64,000 nt of DNA from Leucoraja ocellata (lineage: Eukaryota): positions 62,001 to 126,000 of the forward strand of contig JAWMAR010000134.1 in the NCBI GenBank assembly GCA_036785375.1. Reading direction: 5' to 3'. Positions 26,519-39,870 of the stretch are shown piece by piece (the first letter of the stretch is position 1; each line of letters opens with the position of its first letter). A program made the position numbers and the translations under genes. The notes under the pieces were generated by a model, which was given only the letters and a program-made list of their open reading frames with translations, was not told the origin of the DNA and made no database searches.

Positions 26519-26631
26519 TAGACACAAAGTGCTGGAGTAAGACACAAAATGCTGGAATTACTCAGCGGGACAGGCAGCATCTCTGGAACGAAGGAATGGA
26601 TGACATTTTGGGTCGAGACCCTTCTTCAGAC
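26519..26631 (-). mobile_element. Single-arm Penelope-derived element with hammerhead-like core
   Basis: Minus strand CTGAAGA-A-GGGTC-TC-GACCC-AAAA-TGTC. Confidence 0.75.
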
Positions 26632-27647
26632 AGGAATGTGATTATGGCCATATAGTCTGTTTGGGTCATTTTAATTGAGGGAAATATGTTGGCAGGAAGA
26701 CTGGAGAGAACATCCCTGTTATTAAGATGTATTATATACACATGACAAAGCAGACTGTACTCCGCTGATATGTTTGACGATGTTGCTGTTTTGGAGTGCT
26801 ACATCTTTCATTTTGTGCTCAAGTCTCCAAAGTGAGATTTCAACCCACTATCATCTAACTCATAGGTAAAGGGCTACCAACTTAATGCACAAAGAAACCT
26901 GGAATAAATACTTCTAATAAAAATCTGATGTTATTTGTGTAACGTTGGTTGTGGGAAAAGTACAGCTTTAGTTCTCTCATGTAAAGTCCATGATAGTATA
27001 AGAGGTCCATGGTATTCATTGTTGAGATAGGATTGGTATAGGTTCAAGGACATGGTAGTTGGAAGAAAGTAGCTAAGCTTAGTGGGGTGGTACTTTTATA
27101 CCTCCTGCCCAGTGGTCACAGTGAGAACAGACCATTACATAGTTAATGGGGATCTTTGATGAGTGATGCTGTCTTCTTGAATCAGTGCCTCATAAAGATG
27201 CTTTTGATGGAGGGGAGGTTGTGCTTGATCAGAAGCCGGTTAAAAATGTCTCAAGGATCTGATTTGTGCTGAACTACAGCTTGGCAGACTTAGCAACATT
27301 CCATACAGAACTTTGGGAGTAGCTGAGATTAGTACAATGATTTTATTTCAATGACGTTAATTCATTTAAAAATTAACGGGATGCGAACTTAATCTCTATG
27401 TTCCTATTTACATTTATTTTAATAAATAAATCACTGCGCAGTTAAAATAATGCTAACTTTAAAAATCTAGGTTCTGTTATGCCTAACACATATTTCAGAT
27501 TTTGACTTAGATATTCTCTTTGTTTCAATACAATTTGCTGCTTGTACTGTCTAAAATCATTGTTTGTGTTGGTGGAATCAAGGGATATAACTGAAGGGCC
27601 CTTTGGTACCAGCAGCAATAGGCCATACAGTCTGTTAACCCTACTGT

Positions 27648-28152
27648 GCCGGGTGGTGCCAGCAATCGCTGCCTCACCAACAATCTGTCTGTCCCTTCCA
27701 TCCCTGTTGTTTTATTGTATGCATTAAATGTATATTTTAGTGTTCTTTAGCTGGTTTTATGTGGGGGGTAGGGGGCGAGTGGTTGGGGGAAACTTATTTT
27801 TAAATCTCTTACCTCGACGGAGATGCAATTTTTTTCCCCGTATCGTATCTCCGTCCGCACTGCAGCAAAACATCGAGGAGACCGACTACGGGAGCTCCAA
27901 TCTCGAGAGCCAGCGGGACCTTAACATCGCGAAGCTGGTGATCCCTTTGCCAGGAATCGACTTCTGAGCATCAACTGCGGACTTCAACCGTGCAGCTCAC
28001 AGATTCCGGTTGGAGACCGACTTCGGGAGCCCCAAGCCCCGACAGATGATTCGACTGCCCCGACCGCGGGAGAAAAATGAGGGAAGAAGATTAGACTTTA
28101 TTGCCTTCCATCAAAGTGAGGAATGTGGGGAATCCGCTGTGGTGGATGTTCA
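27648..28152 (+). mobile_element. Non-autonomous Rex-tail element (3' tail missing)
   Basis: Same layout as 13175-14013: T-rich leader, G-run, ggagctcc modules, gccttccatcaaagtgaggaatg...ctgtggtggatgtt. Confidence 0.6.
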
Positions 28153-28480
28153 TGCGCAGCTAGTTGGTTGAATAAGCTATTGAACGCGATATCCTTGTCT
28201 ATTCATGTTTCCCTGCATACTGTTCATTTCCTGGATTGGGAATAGAGAATGCATGCATGCACGTTTATTACAAATTTAGAATAAGAAAACATCAACAGAC
28301 CAATAATAGTAGAGCAATGAAAATAAAAGCAAATAGACTATCAACCAACTTACATGAACTTTGTGAGCTGAATCTGGAATCCTAAAATCAGATGTTTCTT
28401 CAGCATGCAAAATTGGCAATTCTTGTTATCCTTGGTGGAGTTCCTTTGTGTTACCTTTAATTAAGCTATGAATCATTATA

Positions 28481-28719
28481 CAGATGCTCCCTAATTTATG
28501 TAAGGGCTACATCCTGTGAACCCTTGGGTAAGTCATATGTTACGTAAGTCGGAAACTGAAGTACTATTGTGCACTCGTAAATTTCCTATTTGGCGCGCAG
28601 ACCACGTGGGGAACTCCGACGTGGAGACCACATAACTCGGAAATAAAGTAGTAGACTTAAAGAATTGCTTAAGTAAATACTTGCTTATGTCGCCTGTTAT
28701 GTAAGTTGGAGAGTGCCTG
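28481..28719. mobile_element. Tigger-like (MER47-type) MITE
   Basis: TA|CAGATGCTCCCTAATTTATGTAAGGG...GTAAGTTGGAGAGTGCCTG|TA; imperfect TIRs, TA TSD. Confidence 0.7.
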
Positions 28720-30261
28720 TACTTCATAAACTGCTTATCCACATGTGGCCCAAAGCTCATTCTATCCAAGGTATTTTTCGTCCTATTGATCTATCTACTC
28801 ACTGTCTTGCAGATTAGATCTCTTTTTCCTCTCACCTCCCATTTCGAACAAATGGTCTTTAATCAGGCTAACTAACTGCTTCTCTTCAACAAATGATGCC
28901 TAACTCGCTGAGTGTTTTCAGCAATCTGTTTTTGTTAAGGAGTTCCAACATTTGCAAATGACAGCATTTGGCTTTTAAAATAGTTCTAATCATGTGATTT
29001 CCTTCTTGAAGGCTTGTTATCATAAGATGACAATGGGAGAAAGTCTCCATAGTAGTAAAGTCCATCATGATTGATGAAGAATTTATGCCACTTTTCCAAT
29101 AGGAAACAAAATGGCTTGAATATAAAAGTATTGTTCAATACTATTAATAGCAAATTGCTCAATTGTCATCAGGATATACTTCTTAAGTTCTATCAGGAAT
29201 TGCTTTGGAAGGGCACCATTTATTGATTCCTCTTTAATAAGAATCCTCAAATAATATTTTTGGTCCATGCTCTGCAATCTTTCATCACCTTTTAATGACC
29301 ACTACTATATAATGTTTCTGTCTAGTGCAATAAATTGACCTTAAAACTATGGAATATTGGACAACATTCTTTTTTCAGTGAATATGAAGTGAATTTCTTA
29401 ATATTTCATATATATATATAATATATATTTCAACAACAAGAAATTCATTTTGTTATTTGTTGTTAACATTTTATGTTGGGTTTTTAATGTTGTTAATAAA
29501 ACACTGGAAATATGAAATAGAAACATAATATAATAGAAAATGCAGGAGTTTGATAACATTTGCTCAAAGGAATGGTTAACATTTTGAGTGCAGATTACCT
29601 TACAGATTTGATCCTGGAAATGGGCATGTATCTTAGAACAAAATAATGAGGGGAGGAAAAGCACCATCATAAACGGTAGTTTGTTAGGATTATTAACTTT
29701 AAGTATTTTTTAAGAAATGGACAAAATTAAAAATATTGTTTAATAACCATGGATTATTTTTGCCGGACACTAGAAAGATAATAAAAAAAGGCAGGGCAAT
29801 GTAGTAAAATGGATTCACAATGGAAAAAGGAGAGGAGAAAGGAAAGAAAACTGGGCCATTAAATTGCAGAATTGAAAGAAATAGAGATACTGAACAGGAC
29901 TTTAGGCAGGGCATGTAATTGCCATTATTGGGCCAGCTGGTAGTTATGCAATTGCCCTAATTTCCTTTTTTATCCTCAAGTTCCAATGCTGTATTTTTGC
30001 ATTCATGTATTTTTCTTTCTTGTCCTATCTATCTTTTGTATAACTCTCCTTCCCTTGTTGGACTCTTTATTAAAATCTTTTTTTCCATGTTCTTTATATT
30101 TAATAGAATATTATTTCAATTTGTGAATAAGTTTTTAATTTGAACACCTGCATGTTTTAAAAGTAATATTAAAATTTAAGAAAGGCAAAGTGATTCAAAG
30201 TAGAACGGAACCTATGAGGTCCTGCAGGGTCAGTTTGCAACATCATAGTATTTACATTATA

Positions 30262-32952
30262 TGTAGGAAGGAACTTCAGATGCTGGTTTAAACCGAAGAT
30301 AAACAATAAATGCTGGAGTGATAGCCCTGTCCGACGGTGCGAGTCCGCCCACGAGTTATCCCGAGATAAAGAAAAAATAAAACTCGTGGTTTTCTACGAG
30401 ATTTCAAGTTTATGTTCACGAGTTTCAATGAGTTCCCACGTGTATGTCTAAGTTTGCCGTTTACTTCTCATTTCTGTGATGTACCAAGTTCCTCTCCCGA
30501 GTTACTCTTGAGCCAATAACGACTACCGACGTGTGGAAAAATCATCAAATGGATAAAAATGATGTCATGCAGGTTTTTTTCACTATAAAAAGCCTCCCAT
30601 GGACAGAACTGCCCCGATGATCAGCTTCTCCGTGTCTCCGTAAGGCAGGATCTCAGCCCCACACTCGCTGCCATTGTGCAGCAAGGATGCGGTGGCGACG
30701 GACCGGACGCTTGAGGTGGTGTCTTGGGCAATTTGATAAAGCTCGGGGTTGGCCGAGCTACGGATCATCATCGGCGGGTTGAGATATTCCAGGGCTGCCC
30801 TGGTGGTGTGCCAGCGGAGCTTGCTTGTGTGGCTGCTGTTAATCTCCATAATCAGGGCCCGAATGTCCTCAGTACTTGGTCGCCACAGTACCTTTGCAGT
30901 TCAACATGTCCATACAGCGTGCAGAGCCAATGTACAATGGCCATTCATTGGCCTTGCCTTCGCAGCGCCAATTGCTCCGTAGATTCGCCTTGTAGGACAT
31001 CAGACTGTTGGAAAGTCCATGCAAACAGGTGGGTTCTGCACATCAATCTGCCTGGGGCGTGCCCGCAGTGAAATTCGCCTACCCCATCTCCCTCCCTGGC
31101 GTTGCACTAATTCCCTCCAAAGGCCAGCAGTTTGGAATGAAGAGGAAGCCTCCCTTCAGTGTGACATGCACTCCTAGTTGTACTAACATACTGCTGGTGC
31201 TGCAAACCAGAATGAAACGGGGAGGGAGCCTCGCTGCTTAACTCTAAAGTTAGATGTAGAACTCATGTTTCTCTCTGCTTCATATGCGTGGGAATTCCCT
31301 CAGTATGGTCACTTTTCACGCGCCCCGCCCGGTGTTAACCCTTCCCATCAATGCTTGAGCCCCCATCTTCGCTCTGTACCTTCAGCTTCATCGGCGGCTC
31401 TCTCCCATCGAAAGTTAATTTCAGACCCCTATATCCATCCATCCATTCATTCATTCTTTTCCTCGCGGGTCTGTTCTGTTTAGCGGTATCAGGTTTTGAA
31501 AGCAGCCCTCCGCTCGTTCGCACACTGTGGCACTTAGGAAGAGAGTGGGGAATATATACCGCCTGCCTGACGTGCAGGGAATAATGTTGAGCAATGATAT
31601 AAATGTCACTCGGCGAGCCCTATTGATTCAGCTGGGTAAACCACTGCTTCTATTTGTGTTGCTGCTTCATGGCAAGTGAAGGCTCGGAATTATTTCCACA
31701 TACAAGCTGGCAACACAAGAATTCACTGCTTACTTTCGAAATGATTTAATGCACTGCTTTCGAAGGGTAATCTTGTACTAGGTTATTTATTTCATGCATA
31801 ATAAATATGAACAAATATTTATTTCATTTGCGCTTTCATTTTGAATCTTTTTTCCCCACCAGACGAAATTTAGTCTTTCACTAATTCAGAAAGTGAGATG
31901 AATTAGGTGTTGCAATGTTAATTGACAGCCAACAATCTACTCTTGGCAGTGTCCCTGTCGCTGATTGATATGGCGATGGGATTATTCTCCCGTGGCCGTG
32001 GGGATGGAAGTTTTCTCCATACGAGCAATTTCCATGTTTAAACTAGTATCTGCAATTCCTTCCTTCAAACTTTTAGAGCAGTTTGTTTCCAGAAACAATC
32101 CAAAATTGCTCAAACTTGTTGCATTTGCCTCTTTAACTTGAGATGAACCACATTAAGATTGCATCTGAGAAAGGCTTAACTCGTTTTCCAAAGAAAACCA
32201 GGACAACTCAATGAAGCTGCATCAACTCAACATCGTCCTGCATTGAATGTTTGGTTTGATTGAGCTGCATCACTAACTGATCCGTGCCCTTCCTTGTAGT
32301 TAGTAATACTAAAAGCCATGCTGTGCTAAAACAACAGGTGTTCATTTGAACTGCATTTGTTCAAGGTCTGGCATCAATCATTAAATGGCATTACTCACTG
32401 AAAATGAATTGTTAGATCACTGTAAAATTTTCCATTAAGATCTGACTAATCTTCAACATTTCACTTCTGGCACTCAGGCCAAACCCACGAGTTACTCACA
32501 AGTCACTACAGTAAATTCACGGGCTACTACGGTATTACAAAGAGTTTAAAAGTATCAACATTTTCCTTCAAGAGTATATTTGGCTCGTGGAAATCTTTCA
32601 ACATGTTGAAAATTTTTCACGAGTTAACACGTTACCCTAGTACCTGCCGTTAGCGTTACGAGTCGCTAAGTTGCGTCCACGAGCTCCGACGTTCCCGCTA
32701 CGTTCATTCTACGTGATTACCACAAGTTTGATTTTGTTTTTAAGTCGGGATAACTCGTGGGTGGACTGGCACCGTGGGACGGGTTTAACTCAGCGGGTCA
32801 GGCAGCATCTCTGGAGAGAAGGAGGGGTGATGTTTCGGGTTGAGACCCTTCACCAGTCTGAAGAAGAGTCTCGACCCGGAATGTTACCCATTCCTTCTAT
32901 CCAGAGATGCTGCCTATCCTGCTGAGTTACTCCAGCACTGTGTGTCTATCTT
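30262..32952. mobile_element. Palindromic Penelope-derived element split by a Harbinger insertion (pieces 30262-30321 and 32786-32952)
   Basis: tgctggag(tga)...taactcagcgggtcaggcagc rejoins into the family consensus. Confidence 0.8.
30323..32785. mobile_element. 2.5-kb non-autonomous PIF/Harbinger element
   Basis: TIRs agccctgtccgacggtgcgagtccgcccacgagttatcccga / tcgggataactcgtgggtggactggcaccgtgggacgggtt; inserted at the TAA of the host; repeated subterminal acgag motifs. Confidence 0.8.
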
Positions 32953-33537
32953 AGTATTTACATTATACAATGCTTTCTTTGAATCAGAATAATTAAATGT
33001 AATTATTTGTCACAACAGATCATGTTATTGATCAGAATTTATAACTTGCTGAATCAATAGTCCACTGCAAGGAAGTAGGCCAATTAGTCCATCATCCATG
33101 TCTGCTCTATCTTATCCAGCTCGTTCCCTTTTCTTCTCTCCCAGAACCTTGCAGATTATTTCCTTTCAAATGCCTATCCATATCCATGTAGAATGCCTCG
33201 ATTAACTCCATCTGCACCATTGCAAATGCTTTCCAAATGTTAAACTGTTGCTGACTACGAAGGATTTATTTTGTGTCACTGATTGCCCCCCAAGGAATTA
33301 TATTTAGATCCTTAGTAATGCTTATCCACATGCTAATCCCCAGCAGCATCTGAAAACACAGCAATGCACTAATGGCACCCAGCCTTGCTTCAACTTCACG
33401 TCTCCTAACACCATCTACAAATTTTCAGACTACTTGTCTATTTTTATTAGCACTGCATAACTCAAAATAGATAAATATTATGCATGGATACCCTTCTGAT
33501 TTTTAGTTTCTCATACATTCAGATTGGGTATCATATG

Positions 33538-33864
33538 TCGGATAGTTGGCGACTAAACCGTCTCCCCCACCTGGTTCGCCAGGTAAGGAGGGGGCTGTGG
33601 ACCCCCAGCTGGACCAAAAACAAGACCTGTCAAAGAGCAGATGAGCTTCTAGCAAGCCAACAGCCATCCACACTTCAGTAGAAGTTGCGATCACTGTCGT
33701 ACATAGCATTGTAGGGAATGATGATAAAGCACACACACCAAAATCCTATACTTCCAGCGGCGGAAGTCCACAGGAACTGCAGGACAAAAGTGTGTGGTGC
33801 GTCCTTCACCGTTACCGTTGGAAACCAGCACCACTGCGTCGCTAATATTTTCAACGATGATGAT
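33538..33864 (+). mobile_element. Short retroposon, probably RTE-mobilised
   Basis: 7-bp TSD TCATATG (33531-33537 and 33865-33871); (GAT)3 tail; CpG-rich compared with flanks. Confidence 0.6.
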
Positions 33865-35017
33865 TCATATGATACCAAGCAATGTACATCAATGTATCTC
33901 TGCAGGGCTTTCAGCAGCTGTGCATTGAGGATATTTTTTATATACCTTTTGTAATAATGTTGTGCCCATTCAACGGACTAAATTGCTCTCTGAAGTATCA
34001 TTTCTATATAATTGCTTTGTTTATATTCTTGTAGGTAGATTGGACAGGCTAAGTAATTCAGTGTATGTATCATAGACCATTTTCACTCTCTTCTTTGCTC
34101 AATATTATTTATTATGTAAACCCCTATCGTACTCTTGTTTCCCCAATATGTAGTAACTTTCACAGTTTGTACTGGCTTTCATTCGCTTCAGATTAATTTA
34201 CCGATCTGCAAACTTTGTCCCCATCTTGCTTTAGTCTGTTACCTAATTCATTAGTTTAAATTAACACTATTATTTGAAAACTTGACCAAAATACACTGCA
34301 ATTTTGAATCCAGCTGCTTTAATTAGAATCAGACAATATTGCCTCATAAGAAGCTGAAGTTTTACGAGCAGCCACCAATCTATAGTGAAATAATCAGGCA
34401 CTGGATCTGTCTGCGAAATTCCATGGGCTTACATAAACAAACAGTGGTACAAATCATTCAGGTGATTATAGATAGGCTTCAATAAAGAAAATAGAGATCT
34501 GAATCCCTGTTTAATATATAATATAATGTTGTTTTTAAGGTGGATATTACAGGTGGATGTCAACTTCAGTAGTTGGCATTACTATTAACTGTACTACATT
34601 AGTTGCTCTTGCCCTTGTTCTTCAAGGAAATTAATTTAACTACTTGTAGAAACTGCAGATGCTGGTTCACAAAAAAAGACACAAAGTAGGCATCTTAAGG
34701 CAGTCGGCAAGAAGGCCATCTCAAGAAGGGTCCCAATCCAAAATGCCATCTACTCCTTACTATTTCTCATCAGGAACAACTGAAAACAGTCTCAATTTCC
34801 ACCTTCACCCTAATGGCATCTACTCTTGTATCTGTCACAGTACTGTTTCTAATTTGTCAGACTACTTGCCCAACACAAATATTGCTTGTTCAGAAATTTC
34901 CACCATCTGTTTACTGAAAGAGTTATTATTATCTTCAATTCAATTTTCAACCTTTGTTCCCTTTTCATTGACTCTGCCTCTGTTACTTATAACTGTCAGA
35001 AACTGAACCAAAGATAT

Positions 35018-35165
35018 GAAACTACAGATGTTGGAACTTGAACAAAAAATAAAGTGCTGGAGGAACCAGTAGCATCTGCAGATGGAAATGGACAAACTGA
35101 TGATGAGTCCTGACACACAATGTTATCTGTTCATTCCCCCCTACAGGCGCTGTCTGACCCGCTAG
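35018..35165. mobile_element. Degenerate palindromic Penelope-derived element
   Basis: gaaactacagatgttgg...gcatctgcag...ctgatgatgagtcctgac...gctgtctgacccgct. Confidence 0.55.
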
Positions 35166-35309
35166 GATATTGAACCAAATTGTTTTCAGCCTTAGTGTCA
35201 GATATTATCCCAAGTTGAGCTTGAGCTACTGTACATATCTACAACAATCCATTGGATGCTCATTTTAAACTCTGTAACTTCACTTGACTGTGTCAGAGTG
35301 TCAGCTCAG

Positions 35310-36935
35310 AATATAAAGGAGGATAGTAAATGCTTCTTTAGTTATGTGAAGAGAAAACAATTAGTTAAGACCAAAGTTGGACCCTTGAAGACTGAAACAG
35401 GTGAATTTATTATGGGGAACAAGGAAATGGCAGATGAGCTGAACAGGTACTTTGGATCCGTCTTCACTAAGGAAGCCACAAACAATCTCCCTGATGTACA
35501 TCCCAGGGTACTTAAGGAAGTGGCTCTAGAAATCGTGGACGCATTGGTGATCATTTTCCAATGTTCTATAGACTCAGAAGCAGTTCCTGGATTGGTGGGT
35601 AACTAATGTTATCCCACTTTTTAAGAAAGGCGGGAGAGAGAAAATAGGGAATTATAGACCAGCTAGCCTGACATCGGTGGTGGGAAGATGCTGGAGTGAA
35701 TTATAAAAGATGAAATAGCGGCACATTTGGATAGCACGAGTCAGCATGGATTTACGAAGGGGAAATTACGCTTGACTAATCTTCTGGAATTTTTTGAGGA
35801 TGTAACTAGGAAAATAGACAAGGGAGAGCCAGTGGACGTAGTGTATCTGGACTTTCAGAAAGCATTTGATAAGATCCCACATAGGAGATTAGTGGGAAAA
35901 ATTAGAGCACATGGATTTGGGGGTAGGGTATTGACATGGATAGAAAATTGGTTGGCAGACAGCAAACTAAGAGTAGGGATTAATGGGTCCCTTTCAGAAT
36001 GACAGTCAGTGACTAGTGGGATACCGCAAGGCTCGGTGCTGGGATCGCAGCTATTTACAATAAACATTGGTGATTTAGATGAGGGAATTGGGGGTAACAT
36101 TTGCAAATTTGCTGATGACACAAAGGTGGGTGGCAGTGTGAACTGTGAGAAGGATGCGAGGAGGATGCTATGAGGATGCAGGGTGACTTGGACAGGTTGT
36201 GTGAGTGGGCAGATGCCTGGCAGATGCAGTTTAATGTGGATAAATGTTAGGTTATCCACTTTGGTGTCAAAAACAGGAAGGCAGATTATTATCTGAATGA
36301 TGTCAAATTGGGAAAAGGGGAAGTACAAAGAGATCTGGGGGTCCTTGTTCATCAGTCAATGAAAGTAAGCATGCAGGTACAGCAGGCAGTGAATAAAGCT
36401 AATGGCATCTTGGCCTTCATAACAAGAGGAGTTGAGTATTGGAGCAAAGAGGTCCTTCTGCAGTTGTACAGGGCCCTAGTGAGACCACACTGGAGTACAG
36501 TGTGCAGTTTTGGTCTCCAAATTTGAGGAAGGACATTCTTGCTATTGAGGGAGTGCAGCATAGGTTTACGAGTCTAATTTCCGGGATGGCGGGACTGTCG
36601 TATGTTGAAAGAATGGAGCGGCTGGGCTTATATACTCTGAAATTTAGAAGGACGAAGGGATCTTATGGAAACATATAAGATTATTAAGGGATTGAACACA
36701 CTAGAGGCAGGAAACATGTTCCCGATGTTGGGGGAGTCTCAGAAGGCAGTGGAGGCCAATTCTCTGGATGCTTTCAATACAGAGTTAGATAGAGCTCTTA
36801 AAGATAGCAGAGTCAGGTGATATGGTGAGAAGGCTGGAGCGGGGTACTGAATGTGGATGATCAGCCATGATCACAGTGAATGGTGGTGCTGGTTCGAAGG
36901 GCCGAATGGCCTACTCCTGCACTTATTGTCTTTTG
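35310..36935 (+). mobile_element. 5'-truncated CR1 LINE with internal deletions
   Basis: HPRVLKE, QHGFTKGK, VDVVYLDFQKAFDK, PQGSVLG, FADDTK; 3' ggccgaatggcctactcctgcac and ttattgtc tail. Confidence 0.92.
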
Positions 36936-37149
36936 TCATCTCCTGAAACATCCTCCTCACCTGTTTTACCTCTGGATTGGAATATTCATATAATGATTAT
37001 TCATTATAATTGGTGGATTAAGATTGTATCTCTTATTCAATCCATAATAAACTGAGATAATTCAAAATGCTGATACCCAGGTACTATCATGCACCTCTAT
37101 GCCCCTGACTTTACAATGGTTCTCAATTAAGAACTTTAAGGTCTTCCTA

Positions 37150-37450
37150 CATATCCTAATACTTCCCTTTGTCTGTCCTCTTCCAGCACCATAACTCGCT
37201 GCTCCATAATTTATAGTTAAGCCATGAGCTGCCAAATCCTCGCACCCTTGAAATCCCTTCCTATAATTCACTGCCATCCTATGAGTTCATCTTTAAGGAA
37301 CTCCTTTAAATCTTTAATCCAGTTTCTGGTTATCTACCATGATTTTGCCTCAAGAGGCTCAAAGTCAAATTTTGTTTGACAATGCTTCTGTGAAACACAG
37401 TGAAAGTTTTGCTCCATTCAAGCACTATATAATACAAGTAGTTGTTGCCT
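37150..37450 (+). mobile_element. Old L2 3' end
   Basis: tcaaattttgtttgacaatgcttctgtgaaacac...gcactatataatacaagtagttgttg. Confidence 0.5.
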
Positions 37451-39243
37451 TTTAATTAAAATGTGTCTCTATATTTCCGGACTGTCATCGTTGCTACCCT
37501 CATAAGCATCTCCAACTGCTTAATGTTCTGTTTGATGAGCTCCCAATCTCAATTCAGTATCTCACTTTAGAATTCAACTACCCTTATGCTGAGTTGCATT
37601 ATGTCCCATGTGGTCATCTCTCTTATCCTCACTGCTATGCACTGATCACTACTCCATTGCCCTGAATTTAATTCAAGTTCTCATCTGTAAATTCTTCCTT
37701 TGGCTTGGCAAACTCAGCTGTGCAACCCATATGCACCCTCCACGTAGCCTTCAATCCTCAAATCTCCTCACCACAGCTAGCAAAATATTTGTGGTTGACA
37801 AGATTCTGTGGCTCGAATTTTTAAAAACATTAATTATTGTGAATAACATGTTAATTATATTGCTGATTCATTTTTAATGTTTATTTATTAGAAACATAAT
37901 TAGAGTGATAATACTGAGTTTTAAAATAACCAAAAAGCCCAAAACTTATTACTCGGCTGTAATGAGACTAAAAAGTTCTTGTATTGTGCTCTCTCATAAT
38001 AAAACATGGTTTGAATCTTAATTGTTCTGAGTTTACTGTGAGAAGTGATGGCCTGAATTAAACCGACTAACAGCTGGCGGTTCCATACCACGGGCTCTCA
38101 GCCTTGTGTGGTAAAGCTTGTTTCAGACTTTGCATGCATGCTCTTCCAAATGTGAGACTTGTTTGACCGCCTGCTTTGTCACTGGTCACAATGGTGAGTT
38201 CAGCAGTGGAGCACTGATGTGTTCGATACTGGGACGAGATGTACTATGTGTACAGCTTGGCACAACGGCTGGCTGAGATCCAAAGCCAAACTCATTCCTT
38301 TGAACGGGTGAATAACCATCTGGGCAAAATAAGAACAGATATGTGTTTAAATTGTTGATGATTAAATTGGAGTTTTAAGCAATAAAAAATATTATTTTTG
38401 AACTAGTTTTATTTGTACTATTTAAATGTATTACAATTTTTTAAAGTTTTTTAATCTCTTTGACTATCAGAGAGAGGTATTTGGTTCAAAATGTTTATTA
38501 CTGGCAACTGCCATAGTCCATCAGGGTGATCTCTCAGAGAGGGCCGATCACCTTGTAAAGCCCACTTCAGCTCATAGGAAGGCTCTCAGCAGAGAGCGAT
38601 ACTAGAAGGGTAAGAGTAGCCACCGCAGATGGTATGCCCAGGCAGTGGGCTGAGTCAGCATAATCTGGCCCATTAGTTCAATAGAATACGGGGAGAGATT
38701 TTGCTTTAGCCGTATCTCCTCCAAACCTACATGTTCTACTTTTATTGATGTATAATTAGTCTTTATTAGTTTGTTTAATTAACCAAAGAGAATATGAATT
38801 TGACAGTGCCTAAGAGCTTTAATTCGAGTCTCGGGAGGACAATTTATTATATATTCAAGTGGTGCAAGCCAGTTACTAGCAAGTTGGACAGCTGACGAAC
38901 ATAAGTTTTGGCAGTGGTTGAATAGAGACACTGGGCTGTCAAATGTTAACTGAGTTTATTGTTAGTATTAATTCATCAATCTTTGGAATCTTTATAAGGC
39001 ACAAAATCAATTAAAATGTTCTTGATGAAAAGCAAATTGTTCCATTCCCATCCACAAAAGGAATTTTTTTTATTCAATAATAAAAAATATATGGTTGCGG
39101 GAAGTCTTCAGAATTGAGCAATATAGAGTGTAAGGAATAGATAAAAATAAATAGAAACGGGACGATCGAGTGAAGTTTGAATTAAGTTTGAATCGTTTAG
39201 GAACTGGAATTATGATTTAGCATTACATGTTTTTATTGTGTAA

Positions 39244-39562
39244 AGGCTCTGTCCCACTTTCCCGAGTTGCTCATGAACTCTCCCGAGTTTTCCCCTTGAT
39301 TCGAACTCGGAGAATTACGGTAATAGCCGTTTGTAGGTACTCGGGGTTATTTTTTTAACTCGTGGACATTTTTCAACGTGTTGAAAATACGTCCCGACTT
39401 ACCTGATGCCCCGAGTTCCTACGGCTGGCATTACGAGCCGCTACGAAACATCTACGCACTCCATCGGGCTCCTACGAGCTCGCTATCGACATTCCCCGAG
39501 TTCGAATCAAGGGGAAAACCCGGGAGAATTTGTGAGTAACTCGGGAAAGTGGGACAGGGCCT
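39244..39562. mobile_element. PIF/Harbinger-type MITE (fold-back)
   Basis: ~70-bp TIRs AGGCTCTGTCCCACTTTCCCGAGTT / AACTCGGGAAAGTGGGACAGGGCCT; TAA TSD at 39241-39243 and 39563-39565. Confidence 0.92.
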
Positions 39563-39870
39563 TAAGTGTGTTTTTAACTGATAAAGTAGACTAAATCTTT
39601 CCAGGATACATGAGTAACTGCATGGGTGCCAGAGGAACTCAGTAGCTCAGAAGCATCTGTGGGCACAGGTGATATTTCAGGTTGGGAACCTTTTTCAGAT
39701 GGGTTGTAGTAGGAGGGAGAAAGTTGGAAATGAGAGGTGGAGGAAGAACAAAGCATTGCAAGTGATAGCTCGTTACAGGTGAGGGACATGATTGGCTTAC
39801 CAGGATTTATTCTGCGTAGTGTTTTGATAATACAAATAATACCATAAAAAAGTAAACATGAATGTAAGAA

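Noticed and set aside
33538-33640. HDV-like ribozyme at the 5' end of the RTE-type retroposon
   Set aside because: Only simple hairpins were found; P1/P2/P3 pseudoknot pairings could not be assigned.
38049-38672. Old MITE bounded by ggcctgaatt / aatctggccc
   Set aside because: Termini are short and imperfect and there is no matching TSD.
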